Origin: Demequinaceae bacterium
GTDB lineage: Bacteria; Actinomycetota; Actinomycetes; Actinomycetales; Demequinaceae
DNA length: 32,000 bases
Reading direction: 5' to 3'
Assembly: GCA_965250005.1 (NCBI GenBank)
Contig: OZ252279.1
Location: 1,740,001 to 1,772,000 of the forward strand
Positions 1-8,930 of the stretch are shown in pieces (positions within the stretch are counted from its first letter, which is position 1; each line of letters begins with the position of its first letter). The translations under genes and the position numbers were made by a program. The notes beneath the pieces are model-generated. The model saw only the letters and a program-made list of their open reading frames with translations, did not search any database and was not told where the DNA came from.

Positions 1-567
1 GATTCCGACTACGACAGCGAGAAGCTCCAGGAGCGCCTCGCCAAGCTCGCGGGCGGCGTCGCCGTCATCAAGGCGGGCGCGGCCACCGAGGTCGAGCTCA
101 AGGAACGCAAGCACCGCATTGAGGACGCCGTCCGCAACGCGAAGGCTGCTGTGGAAGAAGGGATCGTCGCCGGTGGCGGCGTTGCACTCATCCAAGCGGG
201 CGCGATCGCGTTCAAGGCGCTCAAGCTCCAAGGCGACGAGGCGACCGGTTCGCGCATCGTCGAAGCATCGCTCTCGGCACCGCTTCGCCAGATCGCTGTC
301 AATGCTGGCCTTGAGGGTGGCGTCGTAGTTGAGAAGGTGCGCGGGCTTGATATCGGTCACGGCCTCAATGCTGCGACCGGCGTCTACGAAGACCTGCTCG
401 CTGCGGGTGTCAACGACCCGGTCAAGGTCACGCGCTCTGCGCTACAGAACGCGGCATCCATCGCGGCACTGTTCTTGACCACGGAAGCGGTGGTAGCAGA
501 CCTGCCCGAGCCGGAGCCGGCGATGCCCGCCGGCGGCGCGCCTGACATGGGTGGCATGGGCTTCTAG
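1..567 (+). CDS. groEL: Chaperonin GroEL, C-terminal 188 aa (5' end outside window)
   Basis: Frame 1 is open from base 1 ([63 protein letters not shown]...). It ends in the Gly/Met-rich tail PDMGGMGF typical of GroEL. Stop TAG 565-567. Confidence 0.95.
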   Translation, partial: DSDYDSEKLQERLAKLAGGVAVIKAGAATEVELKERKHRIEDAVRNAKAAVEEGIVAGGGVALIQAGAIAFKALKLQGDEATGSRIVEASLSAPLRQIAVNAGLEGGVVVEKVRGLDIGHGLNAATGVYEDLLAAGVNDPVKVTRSALQNAASIAALFLTTEAVVADLPEPEPAMPAGGAPDMGGMGF

Positions 568-581
568 AAGAAGAACTTCAC

Positions 582-655
582 ATGCGGGCCGAAGAGGTTC
601 GCTGCTCACGGTGGTCATGCTTGACCCCTTCGCAGCGAATCGGTTCGGCCCGCAT
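582..655. terminator. Long stem-loop between convergent groEL and the DUF4031 gene (possible bidirectional terminator)
   Basis: Perfect 12-nt inverted repeat ATGCGGGCCGAA (582-593) / TTCGGCCCGCAT (644-655), with an inner pairing GTTCGCTGC / GCAGCGAAT. No clear U-tract follows. Confidence 0.4.
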
Positions 656-697
656 TGCTCTTTCCGAGCAGTGTGGGATAGGTCGGGGCTGCGGGAG

Positions 698-979
698 TCA
701 CTGCTCGCTGCGGCCGAGACGTTCGGCGACCGTCACGCGCAGCCCTGACGCGCGCAGTCGGCGGATGAGATCTTTTCCGTCGACGAGCGTCGCTCCGAGC
801 TCCATCAGGCGAGGGTGAAGCTCCAGTGGGATGTCGTAGTGGTCGCGGTCAAAGCCGCGTTCGGGGACGCCCGCGGCGCGTGCTGCCGCGTGAAGCTCCT
901 CGAGTGACTGGTCGCTCACAAGGTGCCCCCAGAGGCGGCCGTGATTGGGCCACATGGGCGGGTCAACAAACAGGGCCAT
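698..979 (-). CDS. DUF4031 domain protein (93 aa)
   Basis: MALFVDPPMWPNHGRLWGHLVSD..LEELHAAA...HYDIP matches the pattern I recall for the DUF4031 family. Confidence 0.75.
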   Translation of the reverse strand: MALFVDPPMWPNHGRLWGHLVSDQSLEELHAAARAAGVPERGFDRDHYDIPLELHPRLMELGATLVDGKDLIRRLRASGLRVTVAERLGRSEQ

Positions 980-1003
980 TGGCCCACCCTAGGCGCGCGG
1001 CAG

Positions 1004-1294
1004 TTAGCGCGTGAACATGCGCGCGGCAGTGGCCTCGGCTGACGCATATTGGTCCGCGGCGCTCGAGAGACCGCGGGTCATACTGTCGAGGGCCTGCTCG
1101 AGCTGAATCTGAGCCGTCCGCCATTGGGTGAGCAGCCCCGCGAAGGCGGTTGACGCCCCGCCCTGCCATGAGGCCTCGAGTTGCGTCAACTGTCCCACTA
1201 GAGCGGCGACCTCCGCACGTATGGTCTCGCCGGAAGAAGTAGCGAGGGCGGCGGCCTGCGCTACTTGAGCGGCATCGACGTGGTATTGGGACAT
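1004..1294 (-). CDS. WXG100-family (ESAT-6-like) type VII secretion substrate, 96 aa
   Basis: About 100 aa, predicted helix-turn-helix hairpin with a central W-x-G (ASWQGGAST). Typical phrases are present (QYHVDAAQV..., ...AADQYASAEATAARMF). RBS GAGGG lies upstream of the ATG. Confidence 0.85.
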   Translation of the reverse strand: MSQYHVDAAQVAQAAALATSSGETIRAEVAALVGQLTQLEASWQGGASTAFAGLLTQWRTAQIQLEQALDSMTRGLSSAADQYASAEATAARMFTR

Positions 1295-1409
1295 GAGGAA
1301 CCCTCTCGTTGGTGTTCCCCAAAACTAGGCGTGGGCGAGCGCCGGTGCGCGCGCCCGAGGTCTGGCGGTGCAAGGACTGTAGATGCGGCGCGCTGGGGAC
1401 ACTTGCTGA

Positions 1410-2138
1410 CTAAGCGGCGTCGAGCTCAGCGATCTCGCGAGACACCCGCATGAGTTCGGCCTCGATATTTTGGCGGGCTCGAGCTTCCCACGGCGCGCCG
1501 AGCGGGCTTAGGTACAGACGTTCACGGGCAAGTAGCTGCGCGAGCACGGCCTTGCGGTGCTCGAGATAGTCGCGCTGTGGGGTATCGGCGAACTCGGCCC
1601 TCAGGTCTTCCACGTACGCCATGTAGCGCTTAGGGTCTGCGGCAAGGATCGAGAGGTCGGCGTCGCACAGGACTGCGCAGTCAATGTTGTCGGCGACCGG
1701 CGCGTGCTTTGCTAGCGCCTCGACCATCTCGGCGATCCCGTCAATGGTTTTGTCGGTCATGCCCAATTCGGCCAAATCGGCGCGCGCGAACGCCGCGCTG
1801 GCGGCTTCCGCGTTGGGTCGACGCTCCGCAATCCTCGAGCTGCTGTCAGCCTCCGCAACCGCGCCGTGGTACCAGGCTGCGATGCGGACACTTTGAGGGT
1901 CGTGGGTCTCTTGCTGCAACTGATCGATGTGTTCTAGCAAGTCCATGAGGTGCCGAACGGAGTGATAACTGCGGCGCGAACCTTCCCACATCCGCAAGAG
2001 CCGTTCACCGGCAACGTGCGCCCTTGCCTCCGATACGTCAGCGCCCGCGCCCACGAGTGATCGGACGAAGGACGGAACCAGCCAAGTAGGTGATTCGGAC
2101 GTCGCCACGACTCTCCCTTCGCGGGCGCTAGGCCCCAC
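1410..2138 (-). CDS. HD-superfamily-like protein (COG4339-type) with variant HG in place of HD
   Basis: RSYHSVRHLMDLL ... AAWYHGAV ... LCDADLSILAA resembles the (H)YHn..H / W(F/Y)HDa.Y / LLDADLaiLg pattern of predicted metal-dependent phosphohydrolases. The start codon is uncertain. Confidence 0.6.
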   Translation of the reverse strand: MGPSAREGRVVATSESPTWLVPSFVRSLVGAGADVSEARAHVAGERLLRMWEGSRRSYHSVRHLMDLLEHIDQLQQETHDPQSVRIAAWYHGAVAEADSSSRIAERRPNAEAASAAFARADLAELGMTDKTIDGIAEMVEALAKHAPVADNIDCAVLCDADLSILAADPKRYMAYVEDLRAEFADTPQRDYLEHRKAVLAQLLARERLYLSPLGAPWEARARQNIEAELMRVSREIAELDAA

Positions 2139-2192
2139 TCCTCCAGTGTCACTCCGAAGTCCTATGAGCGCCAGTCCCCGGGCTATGAACGT

Positions 2193-2227
2193 GACGCATT
2201 GGGCGTCTTGGTCGCGGGACGCATTGG
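2193..2227. repeat. Two exact copies of GACGCATTGG (2193-2202, 2218-2227) in the HK / HD-like gene intergenic region
   Basis: Read directly from the sequence. The first copy also forms the hairpin GACGC-ATTGG-GCGTC. Confidence 0.6.
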
Positions 2228-2245
2228 CTGCCAGCAGCCGCAGCG

Positions 2246-3649
2246 CTAGTTGGCGAGCGGGAACTCGAGAACGATGGTCGCGCCGCCGTCGGCTGGAGGA
2301 ATCGCCCTCGCGGTACCGCCATGAGCGCGCATCACTGCCTCAACGATCGCCAGCCCGAGTCCACTTCCCCCTGTCTCACGTGTCCGTGACACGTCGACAC
2401 GGTGGAAGCGGGAGAACACCTTGTCTCGCTCGGCCTTGGGAATCCCAGGACCCTGGTCGCGGATCGTCACAGATGCGCGTTTGGCGGCGGCGTCGGTGCT
2501 CACAACAAGGTCGATGCGAGTTCCCGCGGGCGTGTGCTGAAGAGCATTGCCGCATACGTTCGCGAGAACCTGTTTGACGTGGCGCGAACTACCGGTGGCG
2601 ACGGGACTCTGCTGGTCGGTGTGCGTGGTGACCTTGATCGTGCGGTCGGGCGCTTGGGCTCGCAGATCTGCAGCGGCCTCTTCCGCAAGGTCGGCAAGAT
2701 TTAGGCGTTCCGAGCCACCCAGCGACGCGGGCCTCTCGTCGTATCGCGCGAGCGTCAGCAGATCCTCGACAAGTGCGCCCATGCGCAGTGCGTTGGACTC
2801 GATCCGCGTCATCGCTTGGTCCGGGTCTTGGCCGCTGCCCAGTCGGTGAAGTTCCGCGTAACCTTGAATAGCGGCGAGGGGCGTGCGCAACTCGTGGCTC
2901 GCATCAGCGAGGAACGACCGCAATCGATCCTCACTGTCGTGCTGCGCGGTGAAGGCCGAGTCGAGCCGCTCGAGCATCGCGTTAAGAGACGCCGCTAGCG
3001 CTCCAGCCTCGGTCCCAGCAGGGGAGGCTGGCACGCGGTGGTTCAGGTCTCCTCCTGCGATCGCTGCGGCAGTCGCCTCCGCTTCGCGCAGCGGACGCAA
3101 TGACCGTCGCGTCGCTGCCCAGGCCACCAATCCGCCAACCGCAGCAGTTCCGACGAGCACGATGATCAGGGTGCGGCGCAAACCTGCGGTCGCGTCCGTA
3201 ACGTCGCTCAGTGGCAACGCGACGGTCAAGGTCCCTCTGGCTTGAGGCATTTCAATGGTGACCATGCGCCATCGAGCGAACTCTCCGTCGGCGCGGACCG
3301 TGTACGGCCCTACGGTGTCGAACTGAACTTCGACGGCGGGGGGCTCTGGGCGGTCGCGCAGCTCGCTGGCGACGCGCTCCACGAGGAATCCCTGCACATT
3401 GTGATACATCACCACGTATTCCGACGGGAGTTCTGCGAGCCGAATGCGCTGGACTACACCTTGGCCCTCTTCGCTCGCGGGCCGCCGATCGTTGAGGGCA
3501 ATCGCCGCGTCGTGCAAACGCCGATCGACTTGGTCGACGAGCGTCCGTTGGACCAGGGCCAGCGCGACTACGCCAATTACCAGTTGAGACACCAGCAACA
3601 GCGTGATCGCTATCGCCGGTAATTGAATGCGGAGGGGGAGGCGGCTCAC
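2246..3649 (-). CDS. Sensor histidine kinase (2 TM, HAMP, HisKA, HATPase_c)
   Basis: H-box SHELRTPLAAIQGYAEL, N-box GNALQHTP, G1 DQGPGIP, G2 GGSGLGLAIV. An N-terminal TM and a second TM (LIIVLVGTAAVGGLVAWAA) flank a periplasmic-type loop. There is a 4-nt overlap with the upstream response regulator. Confidence 0.92.
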   Translation of the reverse strand: MSRLPLRIQLPAIAITLLLVSQLVIGVVALALVQRTLVDQVDRRLHDAAIALNDRRPASEEGQGVVQRIRLAELPSEYVVMYHNVQGFLVERVASELRDRPEPPAVEVQFDTVGPYTVRADGEFARWRMVTIEMPQARGTLTVALPLSDVTDATAGLRRTLIIVLVGTAAVGGLVAWAATRRSLRPLREAEATAAAIAGGDLNHRVPASPAGTEAGALAASLNAMLERLDSAFTAQHDSEDRLRSFLADASHELRTPLAAIQGYAELHRLGSGQDPDQAMTRIESNALRMGALVEDLLTLARYDERPASLGGSERLNLADLAEEAAADLRAQAPDRTIKVTTHTDQQSPVATGSSRHVKQVLANVCGNALQHTPAGTRIDLVVSTDAAAKRASVTIRDQGPGIPKAERDKVFSRFHRVDVSRTRETGGSGLGLAIVEAVMRAHGGTARAIPPADGGATIVLEFPLAN

Positions 3650-4341
3650 GCGTGTGCCTTCAGCACGTAACCGACTCCGCGCTTGGTTTGGATGAGCGGC
3701 ACGTCAAACGGAGCATCGACCTTCTTGCGGAGGTACGAGATATAGGTCTCGACAATCGCTCCGTCACCATCCCACGCATACTGCCACACGTGGTCGACTA
3801 TCTGGGCCTTCGACAGGACGCGCCCGGCGTTCTCCATCATGAACCGCAAGAGCGTGAACTCCGTGGGCGAGAGGTCGAGGGGTTGACCCGCCCGCGTCGC
3901 CTCGTGAGCGTCGTTATCGAGCACCAAGTCCGCGACCGTGAGCGTGCCGTCAGGCGTTCCAAGTCGCTCCGTGCGCCGCAGGATCGCCTGGATCCGTGCC
4001 ACGAGCTCTGCGAGCGAGAATGGCTTGGTCACGTAGTCGTCGCCTCCCACGGTCAGACCGGCCACGGCGTCATCCGGCTGGTCCTTTGCCGTGAGAAAGA
4101 CGACGGGCATGTGGTCGCCGCGCGCCCGGAGTTTCCGTGTCACGGTGAACCCATCCATGTCAGGCATCATCACGTCGAGGACCACCAGCGACGGCCGGAA
4201 GGACGCAACGGCCTCCAATGCGGCGTTGCCCGATCCAGCTGCCATGACCTCGAATCCCGCGTAGCGCAGGGAGGTGGACAGGAGATCGCGCAGGTCGGGC
4301 TCGTCGTCAACAACGAGTATGCGGTGAGATTCGGGCGCCAT
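3646..4341 (-). CDS. OmpR/PhoB-family response regulator
   Basis: Receiver domain (ILVVDDEPDLRDLL, VVLDVMMPDMDGF, VVFLTAKD) plus a winged-helix output domain (LSPTEFTLLRFMMEN..., VETYISYLRKKV, RGVGYVLK). Confidence 0.95.
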   Translation of the reverse strand: MAPESHRILVVDDEPDLRDLLSTSLRYAGFEVMAAGSGNAALEAVASFRPSLVVLDVMMPDMDGFTVTRKLRARGDHMPVVFLTAKDQPDDAVAGLTVGGDDYVTKPFSLAELVARIQAILRRTERLGTPDGTLTVADLVLDNDAHEATRAGQPLDLSPTEFTLLRFMMENAGRVLSKAQIVDHVWQYAWDGDGAIVETYISYLRKKVDAPFDVPLIQTKRGVGYVLKAHA

Positions 4342-4468
4342 GTATCAAGTGTGGGGCCTGTGCCTGGGAGTTTCCTGAGAGTCGCCGCGACACGCCGACC
4401 GCTAGACTGGGAGCACCTCGCCGGCGCTCTTACGTGTCGGCGCAACAACGAGTATCAGCGAGGTTGAC

Positions 4469-4852
4469 ATGCCTACCGGCAAAGTGAAGTGGTTCGACGT
4501 AGAGAAGGGCTTCGGCTTCATCGCGAGCGATGACGGCGGCGAGGCATTCCTGCACGCCTCCGCACTTCCTGACGAATCCGACCCACCCAAGCCTGGCACG
4601 CGCGTCGAGTACTCCATCGCTGACGGCCGACGAGGCCCCTCGGCGCTCTCCGTCAACATCATCGAGCCAGCGCCGACCGTCTCGCAGGGACTTAGAAAGC
4701 CCGCGGACGACATGACGGTGATCGTTGAAGACGTGATTAAGCTGCTCGATAGCATCTCGAACGGCCTCCGCAAGGGCCGCTATCCCGAGCCCGACAAGGG
4801 CAAGAAGGTCGCCGCGCTGCTGCGCGCCGTGGCCGAGCAACTGGAGGCATAA
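4469..4852 (+). CDS. csp: Cold-shock domain protein with C-terminal extension (127 aa)
   Basis: MPTGKVKWFDVEKGFGFI (RNP1-type motif), FLHASAL. The long C-terminal tail resembles the longer actinobacterial Csp paralogues. RBS GAGG lies before the ATG. Confidence 0.9.
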   Translation: MPTGKVKWFDVEKGFGFIASDDGGEAFLHASALPDESDPPKPGTRVEYSIADGRRGPSALSVNIIEPAPTVSQGLRKPADDMTVIVEDVIKLLDSISNGLRKGRYPEPDKGKKVAALLRAVAEQLEA

Positions 4853-5721
4853 TGGCTGACAAAGTCCTCATCAAGGCCCAGGATCTCGCACACGAGGCTG
4901 CGGCAGAAGCCGCGAGTGGCGCTGAATTTGTTGGCGCCCACTTGAGAGCGACCGAGGTTGACGAGCGTCTGGTCACGCACCAGTTCGCGTGCGAAATGCC
5001 CGGTTACCGTGGATGGGTGTGGGAGGTTGCAGTCTCGCGAGCGCCGCGCGGCAAAGAAGCCGCTGTCTGCGAGGCGCATCTTGTGCCAGCCGACGACGCC
5101 CTTCTTGCCCCCGCATGGGTGCCCTGGGCGGAGCGCGTCCAGCCAGGCGACCTTGACGCCCACATGGTGCTGCCACTGGTCGCAGATGACTTGCGGCTAG
5201 TTCCCGGCTACGAACAGACCGACGACCAAGACGCAGACGCCATCGCTATTTGGGAATTTGGGCTGGGTCGCGAACGCGTGCTAGGTCCCGAAGGCCGGGA
5301 CGAGGCATCCGAGCGTTGGTATCGGGGTTCCAGCGGCCCTACCGCCGCATCGGCCATCGCCGCTACCGCGCAGTGCGCGTCCTGCGCGTTCCTTATCCCG
5401 CTCGCGGGGTCAATGCGAGGCGCGTTCGGAGTGTGTGCCAACGAGTGGTCCGCTTCCGACGCTTCAGTCGTGAGTGCGGATCACGGTTGCGGCGCTCACT
5501 CTCAGACGGACCTCGAAAAGCAGCCTTCCAGGTGGCCTTCAGATCAGCCGGTTGTTGACACCTTTGCCGCAAACGCGGTCGATCTCAACGAGCCTGACCC
5601 GGAGGCCGAACCTGCGGGCAGCGAGCGTGTCAGCACCACCAACTTTTCTCACGCAGATGTCGCAGCAACATATGCGGCACGGTTGACTACTGACGCTGCC
5701 GAGGGGCCGCCCGCTGAGTAG
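4852..5721 (+). CDS. DUF3027 domain protein
   Basis: TAATG overlap with csp. The C-terminal Cys/His signature CASCAF...GVCANEWSASDASVVSADHGCGAHS is typical of DUF3027, which commonly follows csp in Actinobacteria. Confidence 0.85.
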   Translation: MADKVLIKAQDLAHEAAAEAASGAEFVGAHLRATEVDERLVTHQFACEMPGYRGWVWEVAVSRAPRGKEAAVCEAHLVPADDALLAPAWVPWAERVQPGDLDAHMVLPLVADDLRLVPGYEQTDDQDADAIAIWEFGLGRERVLGPEGRDEASERWYRGSSGPTAASAIAATAQCASCAFLIPLAGSMRGAFGVCANEWSASDASVVSADHGCGAHSQTDLEKQPSRWPSDQPVVDTFAANAVDLNEPDPEAEPAGSERVSTTNFSHADVAATYAARLTTDAAEGPPAE

Positions 5722-5755
5722 TCCCGGCCCGGAGGCGGCAAGGCCGCGGACTGCT

Positions 5756-6916
5756 GTGGCCCGCGCGCTCACCACGTCGGCTTACATCCCGACCTTCCTG
5801 TCGGAGATAGGGATCGGGGCGATGTACCCGATACTCGCGTTGTCTCCCGTGCGCCTGGGCGCGACTGCGACTGTTGGATCCGCCGCCGTTGGCTTGTACT
5901 TGGCGGGTCGAATTCTGGGCAATATTGTGGGCGGCAGGCTCACCGCGCAGCGCGGATCCCCGCGGTCGGCGGTGTGGGCGCTGGGACTTCTCGCGGCTGC
6001 TGCGCTTGTGTGTGCCCTGAGCACGTCTGTTGTCCCGTTCATGGTGGGCGCGTTGCTCACGGGCGTTGGCCACGCGGCTGTACACGTGTCGCGACAGGCG
6101 CAGGTTGTGGAGATCGTTCCGAAGCGCTTCCTTGCGCGAGGGCTGACGACGCTCGCAGGGACCTGGCGAATCGGCAACTTCGTGGGACCGCTTGTGGGAG
6201 CAGGCGTGATAGCCGCCAGCGGTCTACGGGGAGCGTACCTTTTTGCCGCGGTGATGATCGTAGCGGGCGCTATATCCCTGCTCGTCACGTCGTCTTGGCG
6301 GCAGGGAGTGCACCACACCGCTGCCAAGAAGGTGTCGATCCGTGCAGTAGTCCGTGAGAACAAGCGGGTGCTGGTAACGCTAGGTGTTGCGGCGGGACTC
6401 ACCAGCGCGGTTCGCATGGCACGGCTCATCGCGCTGCCGCTGTGGGCAGAGCACATCGGGCTAGGCGATGGGACGGCGTCGGCGATCTTCTCGATTTCCG
6501 CGGCCGTGGACATGCTGTTGTTCTATCCCGCTGGCGTGGTCATGGATCGGTGGGGGCGGCGCTGGACGGCGATTCCATCCACGCTGATGATTGCGGTTTC
6601 GATTGCCTTGCTTCCGCTCACGCATGGAGCCGGGACTCTCGCCGTGCTCGCCGTGCTCGCCGGTTTGGGCAACGGGTGGGGATCGGGGCTGCTGATGACG
6701 CTCAATTCAGACGTGGGCCCCGCGCATGGCGGGCCCGTCTTCACCGGCGCGTGGTTGACGATGCTCGACCTCGGCGGGTTGGCGGCGCCGGTAGTGGTCT
6801 CCGTTGGAGCCGTGATTTCACTCGCCACCGGCATGTACGCTGTGGGCGCGCTCGGCCTGGTCGCGACCGCATTGCTCCACCGCTTCATTCCGCCGTGGCG
6901 ACTTGAGGGCGAGTAG
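5756..6916 (+). CDS. MFS transporter
   Basis: About 386 aa with around 11-12 hydrophobic segments. It has the loop motif G(R)L(T)(A)QRG(S)PR after TM2 and the D(R)WGRR motif in the second half. GTG start is uncertain. Confidence 0.8.
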   Translation: MARALTTSAYIPTFLSEIGIGAMYPILALSPVRLGATATVGSAAVGLYLAGRILGNIVGGRLTAQRGSPRSAVWALGLLAAAALVCALSTSVVPFMVGALLTGVGHAAVHVSRQAQVVEIVPKRFLARGLTTLAGTWRIGNFVGPLVGAGVIAASGLRGAYLFAAVMIVAGAISLLVTSSWRQGVHHTAAKKVSIRAVVRENKRVLVTLGVAAGLTSAVRMARLIALPLWAEHIGLGDGTASAIFSISAAVDMLLFYPAGVVMDRWGRRWTAIPSTLMIAVSIALLPLTHGAGTLAVLAVLAGLGNGWGSGLLMTLNSDVGPAHGGPVFTGAWLTMLDLGGLAAPVVVSVGAVISLATGMYAVGALGLVATALLHRFIPPWRLEGE

Positions 6917-6944
6917 CGACGCTTTGACCCCAGAAATCCCGCTG

Positions 6945-6970
6945 CCCGCGCCACCGTGAGGTGACGCGGG
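6945..6970. terminator. GC-rich hairpin between convergent MFS and CAP-domain genes
   Basis: CCCGCGCCACC-GTGA-GGTGACGCGGG (11-bp stem with one G:U). A T-rich stretch (GGGGTTTTCCTTTTCC) lies nearby. Confidence 0.45.
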
Positions 6971-7006
6971 CCTAGCGATGCGGGGTTTTCCTTTTCCGGT
7001 ACTTTC

Positions 7007-7801
7007 TTAGGCACCGAAGTTCTGGATGAGGTACCAGCCGCCGCTCGGCGACTTAGCGACGCCGATCCCGACTTTGCTGAACCATGAGCGGAGGATGTTG
7101 GCCTTGTGGCCAGGTGAGCCCATGAAGCCGTTGTGCGCGCGGCTCGCGAGCTGTCCGAGCGATCCGCCACTGATGTAGTAAGCGTTCTCGCCGTTGTCCC
7201 AGTGGCTACTAGGGCTGTGCGCAAGGGGGCAGTTGTTTTTCGCGAGGTGGACTGCCCACGCGCGTGCCTTGTTCGCGTGGCTCGCGCTCCACGACAGGGC
7301 CGCCTGGCCTGCGTCAGCGCGAGCGGCGTTCACGAGGGCGTAGTTGCCCTGCTCGGCCGACGAGTACGGTGCGCTTGATACGGACGTGGCGCCGATGTTC
7401 GAGAAGGAACACGGGTTCGAAGAACTGCCGCCGCCTCCGCTCGAACTGGAACCGCCGCTGCCGGAGTAGGTGATTTTGGGTGGTGGTGGAGGCTTGATCG
7501 CGATGGCCGGAACCGGGAACAGCGCGGCCTCGGCAGCTGCGTTGGCCGCAGTGTCGGAGTCGTCCGGCGCCTCTGCAGTGATCGCGGGCAGCGATGTTTG
7601 CTCAGCGGGCGCCGGTGTGGTTGTGGGCGCCGGCTCAATAACTGTGCTGGCCGCGCTCGCGGAGTCTGCGTCGGCTGCCTGTAGGGGGAGGGTGGCCACG
7701 AAGCCGAGGGCCACCAGGAGCGGCACTAGCGGTACGAGAACCAACCAACGCGCTTTGGAAGCCTTAGCCGGGGGGAGAACCTCCTGCTGCTGAATAATCA
7801 T
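7007..7801 (-). CDS. Membrane-anchored/secreted CAP (SCP/PR-1-like) domain protein
   Basis: The C-terminal domain has ...NAARADAG...HSPSS...GENAYY...MGSPGHKANIL...VGIGV, as in YkwD/CAP proteins. There is an N-terminal TM/signal anchor (WLVLVPLVPLLVALGFVA) and a Pro-rich plus Gly/Ser linker. Start set at ATG 7801 (RBS GGAGAGG) rather than 7879, which gives a 38-nt overlap with the serC 3' end. Confidence 0.8.
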   Translation of the reverse strand: MIIQQQEVLPPAKASKARWLVLVPLVPLLVALGFVATLPLQAADADSASAASTVIEPAPTTTPAPAEQTSLPAITAEAPDDSDTAANAAAEAALFPVPAIAIKPPPPPKITYSGSGGSSSSGGGGSSSNPCSFSNIGATSVSSAPYSSAEQGNYALVNAARADAGQAALSWSASHANKARAWAVHLAKNNCPLAHSPSSHWDNGENAYYISGGSLGQLASRAHNGFMGSPGHKANILRSWFSKVGIGVAKSPSGGWYLIQNFGA

Positions 7802-8918
7802 CAAACCTCTCCAAGATCCACTCGAGGGTTCTTGTAAGAGCGCTGGCATCCTCCGGATCAACTGCCGGGAAGGTCCCAATTCTTAGTTGGTTCCGTCCTA
7901 ACTTCCGATAAGGATCGACATCTACGATGCCGTTCTCCCTCAGCACTCTACGAATCGTCCCTGATTCGATATTCGATTCCAAGTCCAACGTAACGACGAC
8001 CTGAGAGCGGTTGGAAGGGTTTGTGACGAAGGGCACTGTGTGATGTTTTTCACTAGCCCAGTTGTAGATTCGGTTCGACGAATCGGCTGTTCGCGCGGAG
8101 GCCCACGACATTCCGCCGCTCTCGATCAGCCATTCGAGCTGGGCCCTGGCCATCACCAAGGTGGCGATAGCGGGGGTGTTCATTGTCTGGTCCATGCGCG
8201 AGCTATCAATTGCACCTTGAAGTGACAAACTCCCTGGTATATAGCGATCTGAGGCGGCGATCTCTGCCACGCGCGCTAGAGCCTCCGGCGACATGATCGC
8301 AAACCACAGTCCGCCGTCCGAGGCGAGCCCCTTTTGCGGCGAGAAGTAGTAGACGTCGGTCTGCGAGACATCTACGTGAATGCCGCCGGCGGCTGAAGTC
8401 CCATCGACCACGACGAGTGCATCACCGATGCCTGTAGGTCGTTTGACGGGCACCATCGCCCCGGTTGATGTCTCGTTGTGAGCCCACGCGTAAACGTCAA
8501 TTCCGTCATCCGCCTCGGGCAGAATAGTGTGGCCCGGCTCCGCGTGACGGATGCTCGGCGATGCGAGGTGAGGCGCGCCGTTGGTGACAGCCGCGAACTT
8601 CGCGCCGAACTCCCCGAAGGCGCAGTGCTGCGACTTTTCGCGTACAAGCGAGAATGCCGCGACGTCCCAAAACGCCGACGCGCCGCCGAGGCCGAGGACC
8701 ACTTCATAGCCGTCGGGCAGCGAGAAGAACTCGCCGAGCATGGCGCGAACGTCGCCCACGAGCGCCTTCACCGGCGCCGCCCGGTGTGACGTTCCCAGCA
8801 GGTGCGGCTGCGCAGCCTGTAGCGCCGCCATTTGGCGGTCCGTCACCTTGGACGGCCCCGAGCCAAATCGGCCGTCGTGGGGAAGTAATTCTGGGGGCAC
8901 TTTGAGGTCCTCAAGCAT
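7764..8918 (-). CDS. serC: Phosphoserine aminotransferase (actinobacterial type)
   Basis: The N-terminus (...LPHDGRFGSGPSKV...) and the full-length, 384-aa class-V aminotransferase layout fit actinobacterial SerC. Confidence 0.88.
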   Translation of the reverse strand: MLEDLKVPPELLPHDGRFGSGPSKVTDRQMAALQAAQPHLLGTSHRAAPVKALVGDVRAMLGEFFSLPDGYEVVLGLGGASAFWDVAAFSLVREKSQHCAFGEFGAKFAAVTNGAPHLASPSIRHAEPGHTILPEADDGIDVYAWAHNETSTGAMVPVKRPTGIGDALVVVDGTSAAGGIHVDVSQTDVYYFSPQKGLASDGGLWFAIMSPEALARVAEIAASDRYIPGSLSLQGAIDSSRMDQTMNTPAIATLVMARAQLEWLIESGGMSWASARTADSSNRIYNWASEKHHTVPFVTNPSNRSQVVVTLDLESNIESGTIRRVLRENGIVDVDPYRKLGRNQLRIGTFPAVDPEDASALTRTLEWILERFDDYSAAGGSPPG

Positions 8919-8930
8919 GGTGACAGCCTA

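Noticed and set aside
4342-4468. CTGGGAG 7-mer occurring twice, and an imperfect stem (CGCCGCGACACG / CGTGTCGGCG), in the response-regulator / csp divergent region
   Set aside because: A 7-mer repeat within 127 nt is expected by chance about half the time, and the stem needs a bulge. It may be part of a csp 5' UTR structure, but I cannot support that from sequence alone.
5782-6513. Long antisense ORFs opposite real genes (e.g. 5782-6513, 11672-12388, 15619-16515, 18201-18797, 23848-24603, 29540-30283)
   Set aside because: All lie fully inside and antisense to CDSs with clear family signatures. They have Arg/Ala/Pro/Ser-rich low-complexity translations, and stop-codon paucity in high-GC DNA explains them.
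7400-7500. Repetitive-looking DNA in the CAP-domain gene (Gly/Ser and Pro runs), in the giant protein tail (19080-19700) and in the FmdB-like tail (19772-19930)
   Set aside because: This is compositional low complexity encoding linker or disordered regions inside intact ORFs. It is not tandem-repeat elements or slipped-strand contingency tracts, since there are no long homopolymers or perfect unit repeats.
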